64,000 nucleotides of DNA from an uncultured Desulfobacteraceae bacterium (GTDB taxonomy: Bacteria > Desulfobacterota > DSM-4660 > Desulfatiglandales > Desulfatiglandaceae). The DNA lies in the NCBI GenBank assembly GCA_964548365.1, contig CAZJRD010000011.1, forward strand, positions 4,425 through 68,424. The letters run 5' to 3'. Below the pieces are notes generated by a model. It ran no database searches and was not told where the DNA came from. It worked only from the letters and a program-made list of their open reading frames with translations. Position numbers and translations under genes: made by a program. Below are positions 54,257 through 63,712 of this stretch, piece after piece (position 1 is the stretch's first letter; every line of letters starts with the position of its first letter).

Positions 54257-54919
54257 TCACGCGAATCTCAGCAGATTCTCGACCGGCTCCCTCTCGCTCC
54301 TGAAGAGACTCGCTGGGACATCCGGATGCGGTGTCCCTACTGCGATGCCGATGACGACTTTCTTGTCCTCCGGAATATCCAAAATGTCTTTGACTATGTC
54401 CGGAAAGTGCATGGAAGCAGCCAGATAGATGGTCCCCAGGCCCTCCTGATAGGCCAGATAGCAGAAGGTGGTCCCTATAGAGCCGATGTCAAGGCAGGCG
54501 TAAGGTTCGTTCAGCCGGCCGTCGATGACGAAGTAGACGACGGTCGGTGCGCCAAAGAACAGGTACATGTTCAGGTAATGCTGCGTACGGGCCTCCCGGT
54601 CTCCCCGCTGAATCCCCATACTTGTAAACAGGGCCTTGCCGAGCGACACATACCGGGTTTTGTGAATCTCGGGGAATTGCATCGGCATCACGATGTCAGG
54701 TCTGGGATTGGTCCCTTTTTTCCCCTCCGCTTCGAGCGCACGCGCCAACTGTCCGGCTTTTTCTCCGTCCGCTATCACGATCTCCCAGGGCTGGGTGTTT
54801 CCCCACGACGGCGCCCAACGCGCCGTCTCCACAATCTTCTGAATTTTTTCTCGCGGCACGGGATCCGGCAGAAACGCTCGAATACTGCGCCTTCTTTCAA
54901 TCGTCTCATTTAATTCCAT
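54257..54919 (-). CDS. Nitroreductase-family protein
   Basis: 220 aa. RRSIRAF motif. SD aaggag. Confidence 0.8.
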   Translation of the reverse strand: MELNETIERRRSIRAFLPDPVPREKIQKIVETARWAPSWGNTQPWEIVIADGEKAGQLARALEAEGKKGTNPRPDIVMPMQFPEIHKTRYVSLGKALFTSMGIQRGDREARTQHYLNMYLFFGAPTVVYFVIDGRLNEPYACLDIGSIGTTFCYLAYQEGLGTIYLAASMHFPDIVKDILDIPEDKKVVIGIAVGTPHPDVPASLFRSEREPVENLLRFA

Positions 54920-55114
54920 AACTCACTCCTTCTCAAGAAAAATCCGGCAGCAGCATATGGTGGTAGGGCTTAGTGGGCAAATTCTAAATTAGGTTCGGGC
55001 CAAGCCAACACCTGCACTATGACAGATCATATTCAATCTTATTGGAAATAGAGAGCAACTTAGTTTTTTGCCGGCATCCCCATCTTCGCACATGGCCCCT
55101 TTCTTACGCGTTCT

Positions 55115-57181
55115 TCATGAATTGTTGGTGATCTCGCATTCGAAAAGACGGTGGGGTGTGCCGCCCGATACGGGGTCAAAGTTGGTATCATCCACAAGGA
55201 TGTTGATGCTGGCTTTTCCGTCCGTTGGATTTCCCCATCCGAAATCGATCCAGATATACCCCGGCTGGGTGTCTTCGGTGAGCCTTGCCTTAAGGGTGAT
55301 TTGCCCTCGGGGGCTGCTTACCTCGACATTATTGCCATCTGCGATATCTCTTTCCGAAGCATCCTGGGGATGCAGCCAGACCAGGGGATCGGGGTAGGAA
55401 CTTGTGAGGGCATTGATATTCCTGAACTTTGTGTGGACGAACTGGGCCGGCCGCTTGGTGCAGCCAAGCAGGGGAAACCTTCTGCCACTACGAAGGGCTG
55501 CATCCAAGGGTTCGCCTGCGGGCTCCGAGTAGCCGGGCAGCGGATCGTATCCCTTGTCCTCGAATATAGTTGAGTAGAACTCCACCTTTCCGGAGGGGGT
55601 GTTGAAGCCCTTTTCCTCATACTTTCGGTATCGGACCGGCGGCGTCGCGTAAACGACCTGCTCTTTATCCAGCTGTTCAAAGGAGACGCCTGTGGGCTGA
55701 ATCATATGTCTCAGCCAGCTCAGGGTATCATGAAAAGGGTATTCCTGGTGAATTCCCAATTTTTCGGCAAGGGCATATTCAACTTCGAATACGGACCGTG
55801 ACTCTCCGACTGGAGGGGACACCGGCCGCGCGAGGGCCAAAAACCCGCCCTCAGTGCTGGAATAGGCCCGGTACCCGTAACTTTCAAAGTCTGATTGGAT
55901 GGGAAGAACCAGATCGGCCAATGCCGTCGTCGCTGTTGGGAAAATGTCGGCAACCATAAGAAAATCAACTTTTTCCAGGGCCTGCCTTGTCCTTTTTTCG
56001 TTCGCTTGTATCAGTACAGGATTGCAGTGATGGACGATCATGGCCCGGGGACGACCTTCCTCTTCGCTCAGAAGGGCCTCCTTAACCGCGGGAAAAGGGA
56101 GTTCCATGAACAGGGGAAATTCCTCATAACGGAGCCTGCGCTCCCTGGACACGGCTTTTGTGGGCAGGGAGGACTGCTGCGCAAAGGGCATGAAGACGTT
56201 GCCGCCCGGCACATCCAGATTTCCTGTGAGGCCGATCAGGATCGCTACCGTCCGCACAGCATCCACGCCGTTTGCGATCATATCCAGGCCGTTGCCCTCA
56301 TAGATGGTCGCGGGTTTAGTGGTCGCATAGGTCTTCGCCAGGTTTTCAATGGCCTTTGCCGGAATTCCGGTCAGGGTCTCGGCCCATTTGGGGGTGAAAG
56401 CCTGAACGTGATCTGCCAGGGCATCAAAACCGCTCGTATAGGTCTCCACAAAGGCCCTGTCATAGAGCGCTTCCTGAATGATGACATGAATCATGGCAAG
56501 GCCGAGAGCCACATCGCCTCCCGGCTTGATCCGCACCCACTCGTCAGCCTGAGAAGCCGTCCTCGAATAAAAGGGATCGATGCTGATCATCCGTATTCCC
56601 CGCTCTTTCAGACGCGGAATGATCTGTCCCAGACCGTTATAGGCCGCATAGGCCCCGTAGCGCTCCGATGTCAAGGGGTCGCTCCCCCAGAAGAGGACCA
56701 GCCTTGTATGATCGTAATCAGGTTCCGGGCGAGTCCCGCCGGTAAGGGCCATGAAGGCCGTCATTCTTGGGACCATGCAAAGATTTGCCGCCCCCGTAAA
56801 ATTGGGTGACCCGAAGGCTCCCGTGAATTCAAGAAAACCGTCCCTGCACTGATAGGATACCGGCGCGCCGCCGCAACGGGCAAGGCTGAGGGGCCCGAAC
56901 CGTTCACGAATTTCGCCCAACCGCTCCGCGGCAAATTCAAGGGCCTTGTGCCAAGAGAGCTTCTCAAAACCCTTAGAGGTTTTCCGCAGGGGGACTTTGA
57001 GTCGATCCTCTGATGCAATAACTTCCGGAATCGCGGCTCCTTTTTGGCAGCAGCGGCCTCTGTTCATAGGGTGTCCCGGATCTCCCTTCACGGAAATCGA
57101 TCCGTCTCCACTTCTGTGGACCACAATGCCACAATTCGTATGGCAAAACTGGCATATGGAACGGTAGGTTTCACCCTCCAT
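55115..57181 (-). CDS. Cytoplasmic molybdopterin (bis-MGD) oxidoreductase catalytic subunit, substrate unknown
   Basis: 688 aa. N-terminal CQFCHTNC...C [4Fe-4S] motif, MopB-family length and pattern. No twin-arginine signal. Confidence 0.85.
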   Translation of the reverse strand: MEGETYRSICQFCHTNCGIVVHRSGDGSISVKGDPGHPMNRGRCCQKGAAIPEVIASEDRLKVPLRKTSKGFEKLSWHKALEFAAERLGEIRERFGPLSLARCGGAPVSYQCRDGFLEFTGAFGSPNFTGAANLCMVPRMTAFMALTGGTRPEPDYDHTRLVLFWGSDPLTSERYGAYAAYNGLGQIIPRLKERGIRMISIDPFYSRTASQADEWVRIKPGGDVALGLAMIHVIIQEALYDRAFVETYTSGFDALADHVQAFTPKWAETLTGIPAKAIENLAKTYATTKPATIYEGNGLDMIANGVDAVRTVAILIGLTGNLDVPGGNVFMPFAQQSSLPTKAVSRERRLRYEEFPLFMELPFPAVKEALLSEEEGRPRAMIVHHCNPVLIQANEKRTRQALEKVDFLMVADIFPTATTALADLVLPIQSDFESYGYRAYSSTEGGFLALARPVSPPVGESRSVFEVEYALAEKLGIHQEYPFHDTLSWLRHMIQPTGVSFEQLDKEQVVYATPPVRYRKYEEKGFNTPSGKVEFYSTIFEDKGYDPLPGYSEPAGEPLDAALRSGRRFPLLGCTKRPAQFVHTKFRNINALTSSYPDPLVWLHPQDASERDIADGNNVEVSSPRGQITLKARLTEDTQPGYIWIDFGWGNPTDGKASINILVDDTNFDPVSGGTPHRLFECEITNNS

Positions 57182-57280
57182 GTACTCATCTCCTTCTCAG
57201 TGTCGTGGGTTTGCGGATTTGTATCGCCCGCCCCCCCCCTGAGACATATGCTTGAAAAGACCTTGCTTTTTCGGGGATAA

Positions 57281-57309
57281 AGTATAGAGACATTGCTCTT
57301 GTGAATCAA
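57281..57309 (-). promoter_or_regulatory. Sigma70-type promoter candidate for the molybdoenzyme gene
   Basis: Minus strand TTGATT (57309-57304), 17-nt spacer, TATACT (57286-57281). Confidence 0.5.
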
Positions 57310-57549
57310 GAGAAATAACGGCAGAATATATGGTGCTTTCATGCTTCTTGGGGATTTTTAGGCCGGGAAGTGAAGCACAAATCTCAATGAGATAATCCAG
57401 ATCGGAGTAGAGATAATCCTCACAGCGGGCAGTGGGGGTCACATCTTGACCCCAAATCCCCCTACGGTGATCACGGAATGGCACTATAGCACTGCCCACT
57501 AACAGGGGCATACAGGATGTCCCCTTTTCCATGTCATTCCGGTCTCTTT

Positions 57550-58392
57550 TCACAAAGAACGGTCGGTGATCAGCCCCAGGGTTATTCCTTCCAGTCTCTC
57601 CTGGAAGGTTTTTCCCTCCGATTCGAAACAAGAGCGAGCAAATCGGATGAGCCCAAGGCGGTCCTGCTCGGAAAGCCACGAGTAAGCCTTTTCCCATTTG
57701 TCCAACAGCGCCTGGGCGTTCTCTGTCCCACCGGATATCAGCGCCTCGATGGAAAGCACAGTTTTCAAGAGAGAAGCAAGTACAATCTTCCTTGGTGCAG
57801 TATCGGCACGAACCATCTCCCAGACTTCTCGTTCCTGTTCGGTGTCCTCGATCATGTACTCCACAAGAGCCGCCTGGCTGTTGCCCAGTCCCACGCCGGC
57901 CAACCACTTAACCACCTCATAGTCCTTGACAGCCACTGAGAGAAAGTAGACACATTGCTGCAAGAGCGACAACTCCAGCCCGCAGGCATTTCCAGCTTGC
58001 TGAAGACTCCTTGAGAAGCGAAAAGTGTAGAACTCAGGACTCCCATGATGAAGCGCGTGACCTATCTCGTGGTGCAAGACTCCCCGGAGTACGGCAGGGA
58101 ATACCTCTTTCACCTTTTCCTCGCAGACGTGGATTCTCGGAAAACCTCTCCAGGCTTCATGCGTGGCCAGGAAATCCGTCTCTTCCCCTGCAACAACCTT
58201 CAGTTCTTCCTTCTCCTGTTTATAAAAAGCCTCCAATTCCTTAGAGCTTTTCCAGATAGTAATGCACAACCGAGGAGGGGCAGCCAGTGTTCCTCTTCTT
58301 TCCAGGGCCTCAGCCGCCCATCTTCGTATCCTGGTCACCAAGGCCCGGTCTGTTCCCTTTTTGGGGACTATTTTCAGCCAGGAAAGCATCAC
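57550..58392 (-). CDS. Hypothetical protein with HExxH motif (possible zinc metallopeptidase-like)
   Basis: 280 aa. LHHEIGHALHH. The start is ambiguous (GTG 58392 or ATG 58389, SD too close to both). Confidence 0.55.
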   Translation of the reverse strand: MMLSWLKIVPKKGTDRALVTRIRRWAAEALERRGTLAAPPRLCITIWKSSKELEAFYKQEKEELKVVAGEETDFLATHEAWRGFPRIHVCEEKVKEVFPAVLRGVLHHEIGHALHHGSPEFYTFRFSRSLQQAGNACGLELSLLQQCVYFLSVAVKDYEVVKWLAGVGLGNSQAALVEYMIEDTEQEREVWEMVRADTAPRKIVLASLLKTVLSIEALISGGTENAQALLDKWEKAYSWLSEQDRLGLIRFARSCFESEGKTFQERLEGITLGLITDRSL

Positions 58393-58697
58393 CTCTCATC
58401 TCGGCAATCAATAAATTGTGCGGCAGAATTCAGATGGCTCGATTGGTCTCTTTTAACAAGGGTTTGCATGGTAATCAAATACTCAATACCGTATTCAGCC
58501 ATCCTTGACAGACTATTCCGGGGACACCATCCCTAATTATTGATTCACTTGAAAGCGTTGGGCCCAGGCATTGCCGGGACCATCAGAAAGCGGGGAAGAA
58601 CGGGCAGGCCCATGGGAGATACTGGTTTCATCGAGGAAATTGAAGCAATGACAGGCTTCAGATTGAACGCCCGCAGGTTTTGCCTTCTTTCTGAACA

Positions 58698-58844
58698 GGC
58701 TGTTTCTTGCGGGGTCAATTTTACCCTTGAAACCAGAGAATCCTCACGATCCTCCTCGTGCCGGAATATCCTTCGACGTTTCGTTCCCCTGATCATGAGG
58801 TGATGTAAGACAAAGGACGTGTCAAGCCGAGCTAATTTCGGCAT
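58698..58844 (-). pseudogene. N-terminal fragment of a Y1 (IS200/RAYT-like) transposase
   Basis: MPKLARLDTSFVLHHLMIRGTKRRRIFRHEEDREDSL..PQETAC parallels the family N-terminus (MPRLARLD..VLHHVM.RG.ERR.IFRDD.DRE.FL). The remainder of the ORF is unrelated. Confidence 0.55.
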
Positions 58845-58909
58845 GCGTCAGGGCCTGCCGCAAGCTGTCAATTTAAAATCTTTGGGACGTTATATATCCA
58901 CGGGAGAAT

Positions 58910-59890
58910 TCACTTAATGAGCGTTGCAGCGCGGACAACGTCCGCCGCGAGTTCCTTTGCATCCTGGTATCCGGCCCCGGCACCCTGGGAGAATCTCAAA
59001 AGGATCTCGTTCAGCTCACGGTGGACATAGGGATAGACCATTTTCAGGTTGGCCAGTTGGCTCGGAAATACACTCTGCATATCCTCCGCCCGAAGCCTTT
59101 GAGCGATTTCCGGATGGTGGAGCCTGATGTCGCTTAAAATCAGGTACCCCTTTCCCACCACATAGGCCAGCAAGGTCCCCATTTCAAGGATATCCCGATC
59201 GAAAACGTGCTCTCTTTCCTTGTAATCATAATCAAAATCAATCCATCTGTACCTTCCCGTCCCCGTTTCTACGAAGATATGATCCGGGGTAATATCTCCA
59301 TGAATCTCGCCCATGCGGTGCAGGTCTCCAAGGGCATCATAGGCCACCCCCAGGTGTTCCAGGATATCCGGCAGATGTTCTCGATAGTATTTTTCATGCT
59401 TCCCGGGAAGAGACTGAAGAGTGTTATCCAGGCTCTTCCCTGCAATGCGGTCCAGGACTCTGACGATATTTCCACCCGAGTCCACTGCAGAAAACCCCTG
59501 CATGAAACCCCCGTGCCCTTTCACCTTTTCGAGGATACGGGCCTCCTTCTCCGGATTGCGCAGGCACGTGAAGTTCAGACCCTCGATGCTGCATGAAAAT
59601 TCTTCAAGAAAGGTGAGTTTGATGACCTTTCGCTCCCCGGTTACGAGGTCGATGCAGCTTTTTACCCAGGGTTTGGGTTCCCCTTCCAGCCCGAATTTCT
59701 TTTCCGACTCCGTTCCCCGCACGAGATAACCGATGTCATTTAGGAGAATCACATCGCCGTATTCCACTCCGTAGAAATCGGTCGTATCCTCGAGAACCCT
59801 GTGGACCTTGCAGGAAGAGAGATTCGAGATGTATTGTTCACCGATCCGGCACCAGTCCTCTGACGCCTTCGGGAAGCCGCTTTTATTCAC
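58910..59890 (-). CDS. Atypical protein-kinase-like fold protein
   Basis: 326 aa. VIKL lysine context, catalytic-loop-like IHGDITPDHIFV, DFG-like WIDFDY. GTG start. Confidence 0.6.
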   Translation of the reverse strand: MNKSGFPKASEDWCRIGEQYISNLSSCKVHRVLEDTTDFYGVEYGDVILLNDIGYLVRGTESEKKFGLEGEPKPWVKSCIDLVTGERKVIKLTFLEEFSCSIEGLNFTCLRNPEKEARILEKVKGHGGFMQGFSAVDSGGNIVRVLDRIAGKSLDNTLQSLPGKHEKYYREHLPDILEHLGVAYDALGDLHRMGEIHGDITPDHIFVETGTGRYRWIDFDYDYKEREHVFDRDILEMGTLLAYVVGKGYLILSDIRLHHPEIAQRLRAEDMQSVFPSQLANLKMVYPYVHRELNEILLRFSQGAGAGYQDAKELAADVVRAATLIK

Positions 59891-60079
59891 TTCTTTATAC
59901 CCTGCATGTCGATCACGGTTTCATCATTCCTAAACAGCCGCATGTCCCATTCCCTTCAAAGTAAATATCGGGGTCCAGCGGGCCCGGCTTTGGGCCGCCC
60001 CTGGAAGGAGCTTCAATAGCCAGAGATAGCTGACGATGCAGAGAAGCCAGTATTCAGAAGTCAGGAGCCGGAAGCATTT

Positions 60080-60907
60080 TTAGGTGACCCCTTTTCCCTG
60101 GTTCTCTGTAAACCAGTCGATCAATTCCCGGGCAATGCTGATTTTCGGGGGGACGGGGGGGAGGTTGTCCGCTGAAAACCAGCCCGCATCGGCAATTTCA
60201 GCACGATCAGCGATGATCTCTCCTTTCGAGTATTCGGCGGTAAAGGCGATCATAAGGGAATCCGGAAAGGGCCATGGCTGGCTGCCGAAGTAGCGGATGT
60301 TCTTGACTTCTATGCCGACTTCTTCTTCAATCTCTCTTCGAATGCATTCCTCAAGGGTTTCTCCCGGCTCTACGAACCCGGCAAGGACGCTGTAAAACTT
60401 GGCGGGGAAGCGTTGAGAGTGGGCGAGCAGAAGACGGTCTTCTCTGACGACGGCCACAATCACGGCAGGCGAGAGGCGGGGGTAATTGATCAGCCCGCAG
60501 CCGGGACAGACCTTGGCCCTTTCATTCGGCCTGTCTTCGGTCTCCAGGCCGCACTTTCCACAAAAGCGGTGATTTCGGTTCCAGAGGACCAGCTGGTTGG
60601 CCAGACCTGCAACCCCGATCAAAGGCTCTTCAAGATGTTCGAAAAGAGACCGAATCCCCTTGAGTGCAAATGTCGTCGGGGGAAGTATCATTGCAGGCAT
60701 CTCCCCGGCGTAGCATGGCCGCCCCTCCAGTGATCCGAGGTAACGCAAAGGTTCAGGTCTTGGATCAAGGGCCTGCAGATCCAGGAATTGTGGAATGAGA
60801 TAACGATCGCCTTGCTTCTTTGTGAGCAGCTTTTGCTCCTGAAGGAGAAAGCAGAGGGCATTTTCCGGAATCCTGGGCGGGGCTATGAAGCTCGGGTTAA
60901 AAGACAC
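60080..60907 (-). CDS. nudC: NAD+ diphosphatase (NADH pyrophosphatase, Nudix)
   Basis: Zinc ribbon CGKCG...CPGCG, followed by the Nudix box GFVEPGETLEECIRREIEEEVG. GTG start with SD aggaaagga. Confidence 0.88.
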   Translation of the reverse strand: MSFNPSFIAPPRIPENALCFLLQEQKLLTKKQGDRYLIPQFLDLQALDPRPEPLRYLGSLEGRPCYAGEMPAMILPPTTFALKGIRSLFEHLEEPLIGVAGLANQLVLWNRNHRFCGKCGLETEDRPNERAKVCPGCGLINYPRLSPAVIVAVVREDRLLLAHSQRFPAKFYSVLAGFVEPGETLEECIRREIEEEVGIEVKNIRYFGSQPWPFPDSLMIAFTAEYSKGEIIADRAEIADAGWFSADNLPPVPPKISIARELIDWFTENQGKGVT

Positions 60908-61001
60908 GGTGCAGTTCCTTTCCTTTCACTCGCCCTTCCGCCCTTTTGTGGAAATGGGCCGGTCCGGGCAGGCGGCCTGACAATAAAATTCGGATCAACA
61001 T

Positions 61002-63074
61002 TTACAACTTCCGAATTCTTTCCAAATCTTCCTGCTCTCCTACCAGTATGAGCACGTCTTTCTCATTAATCGTGTAATCGGCATCTGGAACCATGCGTTT
61101 CTCCCGGCCGTCTCCCAATTCCCTCTTGACCAGAAATACCTGGACACGATAATTGTTTCGCAGGTCCAACTGAAGAAGACTTTTTCCCACAAATCGGTGA
61201 GGCGCTGGAATCTCAACCATAGAGTAGTTGTCCACAATCTTCGTGATATCGGAGAGCGCCAGGGAAGAGTAGGCCCGTTCGAGTCCGAGTGTCGGTTCCC
61301 TTCTGGCCAGTTCCTTGTTGTATTCGTCAATAAGAATCTGCCTGGTCAGATATCCCAGCAAGAGATGACTTTTCTGGGCGTCCACCACCGGGAGTTCGCC
61401 TACACCGGACTTTCCGAATACTTTCATGACCGTGTCCAGATTTGTATCCGGTGTGATGTATGTTGGATTGGTCTCAATGAGGTCATACGCCAAAATGATA
61501 TTGTTGAGAGGCGTGGGATCGTCCATGACTGTCCGGATACTTTTCTCCGTAACATATCCGAGAAATCTGTCGTTCTCGTCCACCACACAAAAAATTTCGT
61601 GCTCGCTGTTCATAATGGTGGCGATAATATCCTTGAAGGGAGTGTCGGGCGCGAGTCTCTCGCAATCCTTTTTGTACACATCCTCGACTTTAAGAAATTG
61701 TAACACGTTGATTTCTTTCTCCTTGAAAAAGTGAATGCCGCGTTTCACCAATTTCAACGTGTAAATGGATTCGGGCTGCATTTTCGTCGTAAAAGTGACT
61801 GCAATAATGGTTGCAATCATCAGGGGTAGGATAATCGTATAGTCATTGGTCATTTCAAAAATAATGATAATCGAAGTAATGGGCGCGTGGGTGACGGCCC
61901 CCACAAAGGCGCCCATTCCCACCATGGAGTAGGCCCCCGATGAGGCCGTAATCGTCGGGAAGAATTGGTGGACAAGCATCCCCACGGCGTTGCCGATCAT
62001 GGCTCCGACAAAAAGAGAGGGTGCAAATATTCCACCGGAGCCGCCCGACCCCAAGGTAAAGGATGTGGCCACAATTTTTAACACCATCAGGATGAGCAGA
62101 ATATTCCATGAGATATGCCCTGCCAGCGATTCGTTTATCCCTTCGTAACCCACACCGTAAATTGCCGGAAAAACGATTCCCAGCCCACCGACGATTAATC
62201 CTCCGATGGCGGGTTTGATATAATCCGGAAATTTCCAGTCATCAAAAAAGTCTTCCAAGGCATACAACAATTTGATAAAAAACAGACCGGCAATGCCTGC
62301 AATCAATCCCATTCCGGCGTAAAAAATCAACTCCCAGGGGGATACGAGAGTGTATTTGGCGACTATGAAGGCCGGAAAATCTCCGAGATAATGACGTGAT
62401 ATAACGGTGGAAGTCACCGATGCAATGACGATGGGACTGAACTGCATCACTCCGAAATCGCCGAAAATAATTTCGATGGCAAAGAGTGCCCCGGCTACGG
62501 GGGCATTAAAGGCTGCCGCGATGCCCCCGGCGGCACCGGCTGCCACAAGCGTCCGCAGTTTCTCCGGCGGCAGCTGAAACCATTGGCCTATCATCGAACC
62601 GATTGCAGAGCCGATCTGCACGATCGGGCCTTCACGTCCGGATGATCCACCGGAACCGATGCAAATTGAACTGGCGACAATTTTGGCGAGTACGACTCTC
62701 GGTCGTATCATGCCGTTTCGGAGCAGGATGCTCTCCATGACCTCGGGTACTCCGTGGCCTTTGACCTCTTTGGAGAGAAAGGTGACGATCGGCCCGACCA
62801 GCAGCCCACCGACGGCAGGCATGAAAAGCTTCTGGTACCACGGCAGGCGCGCTACCATGCTCAGAGAATAGGCGACATGTTGTGTGGAAGCGACCTGAAT
62901 CAGGTGGATCAAATACCGTAAACCAAGGGCGCCGTATCCTGTTATCAACCCGACAAAGACCGCCAGGATGACCATAAGGGTGTGCTCGGCCATCTTCAAA
63001 CGGTCTACTACCTTTACAACAGATTCTCCCCATCCTCCGGACTCAAGTGGATTTTGACGATCTGGATTCTGCAT
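61002..63074 (-). CDS. ClC-family chloride channel/antiporter with CBS pair and TrkA-C (RCK_C) domain
   Basis: 690 aa. GHGVPEV, GREGP, GIFAPS selectivity motifs. Two CBS motifs and a terminal RCK_C-like domain. Confidence 0.9.
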   Translation of the reverse strand: MQNPDRQNPLESGGWGESVVKVVDRLKMAEHTLMVILAVFVGLITGYGALGLRYLIHLIQVASTQHVAYSLSMVARLPWYQKLFMPAVGGLLVGPIVTFLSKEVKGHGVPEVMESILLRNGMIRPRVVLAKIVASSICIGSGGSSGREGPIVQIGSAIGSMIGQWFQLPPEKLRTLVAAGAAGGIAAAFNAPVAGALFAIEIIFGDFGVMQFSPIVIASVTSTVISRHYLGDFPAFIVAKYTLVSPWELIFYAGMGLIAGIAGLFFIKLLYALEDFFDDWKFPDYIKPAIGGLIVGGLGIVFPAIYGVGYEGINESLAGHISWNILLILMVLKIVATSFTLGSGGSGGIFAPSLFVGAMIGNAVGMLVHQFFPTITASSGAYSMVGMGAFVGAVTHAPITSIIIIFEMTNDYTIILPLMIATIIAVTFTTKMQPESIYTLKLVKRGIHFFKEKEINVLQFLKVEDVYKKDCERLAPDTPFKDIIATIMNSEHEIFCVVDENDRFLGYVTEKSIRTVMDDPTPLNNIILAYDLIETNPTYITPDTNLDTVMKVFGKSGVGELPVVDAQKSHLLLGYLTRQILIDEYNKELARREPTLGLERAYSSLALSDITKIVDNYSMVEIPAPHRFVGKSLLQLDLRNNYRVQVFLVKRELGDGREKRMVPDADYTINEKDVLILVGEQEDLERIRKL

Positions 63075-63158
63075 GCTAAATGGTCATCTCCATTATTCCA
63101 GAGCAACCTTTCAAGATTCTAGCCCTTATCGCAAAACATATTGCGATTTGGTAAAAGG

Positions 63159-63255
63159 ATGAAAAAGCAACAACAACCTGAACCAAGGAGGTGTAACTTG
63201 GAATTGTACGCGGGAATGGATCTTCATTCAAGGAATACTTTTGTTGGTATAATGG
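63159..63255 (+). pseudogene. About 30-codon N-terminal stub of an IS110-family transposase
   Basis: MKKQQQPEPRRCNLELYAGMDLHSRNTFVGIM matches the LY.G.DLHS.N...GI start of IS110-type proteins. Similarity stops abruptly. Confidence 0.4.
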
Positions 63256-63712
63256 GTTTTGAAAATTTCCTTTTCGTTCTTATTTTACTAAAAGAAAGCC
63301 CGGTTGACGGGCGACAAACCCAAACCCACCGCCGAATTCCATTTACGTGTAGAAAGGCAAGTGGCTGGGGAAGAAACCTGATCACCGGCAAGGCATTGGA
63401 TGCAAGTCGAAGATCCCGGACTTTAGGCGGGGCGAAGGCGACGCCGTTTGAACCTTGTGAAATCCCGTTTTGGCGGGAAGATGATACTTTGGTGGTGGAC
63501 TAAGGAAAGGAAACGGTTGGGTCGCCGCCATCGGAAAAGACCTGAAAAACTGTTCGGCATTTCAGGAAACGCATCATCGTACTGTTTCGAAGTGTGGCAA
63601 TCCTGGGTCGAGAAATTGTCCAGACGATTCAATGCCGGCTCCAATTTACTTGCAATTATAATGAAAACCTTGTAAATATCCCTTGAAACTTTTTCTGATG
63701 AAGGAGGGTGGA

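Noticed and set aside
55115-57181. Selenocysteine (in-frame TGA) recoding in the molybdoenzyme or in the Qmo/Hdr genes.
   Set aside because: All of these ORFs are uninterrupted at full family length. No split ORF pair around a TGA was seen.
57182-57549. Possible Moco (molybdenum cofactor) riboswitch in the 368-nt region upstream of the molybdopterin oxidoreductase.
   Set aside because: I could not find the conserved Moco-motif core sequences or the expected multi-stem architecture by eye. Only generic hairpins and a G-run are present. A covariance-model scan is needed to exclude it fully.
57197-57907. 236-aa minus-strand ORF upstream of the molybdoenzyme.
   Set aside because: It overlaps the better-supported HExxH gene in another frame, is Gly/Arg/Pro-rich, and runs through a predicted promoter and leader. 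Treated as non-coding.
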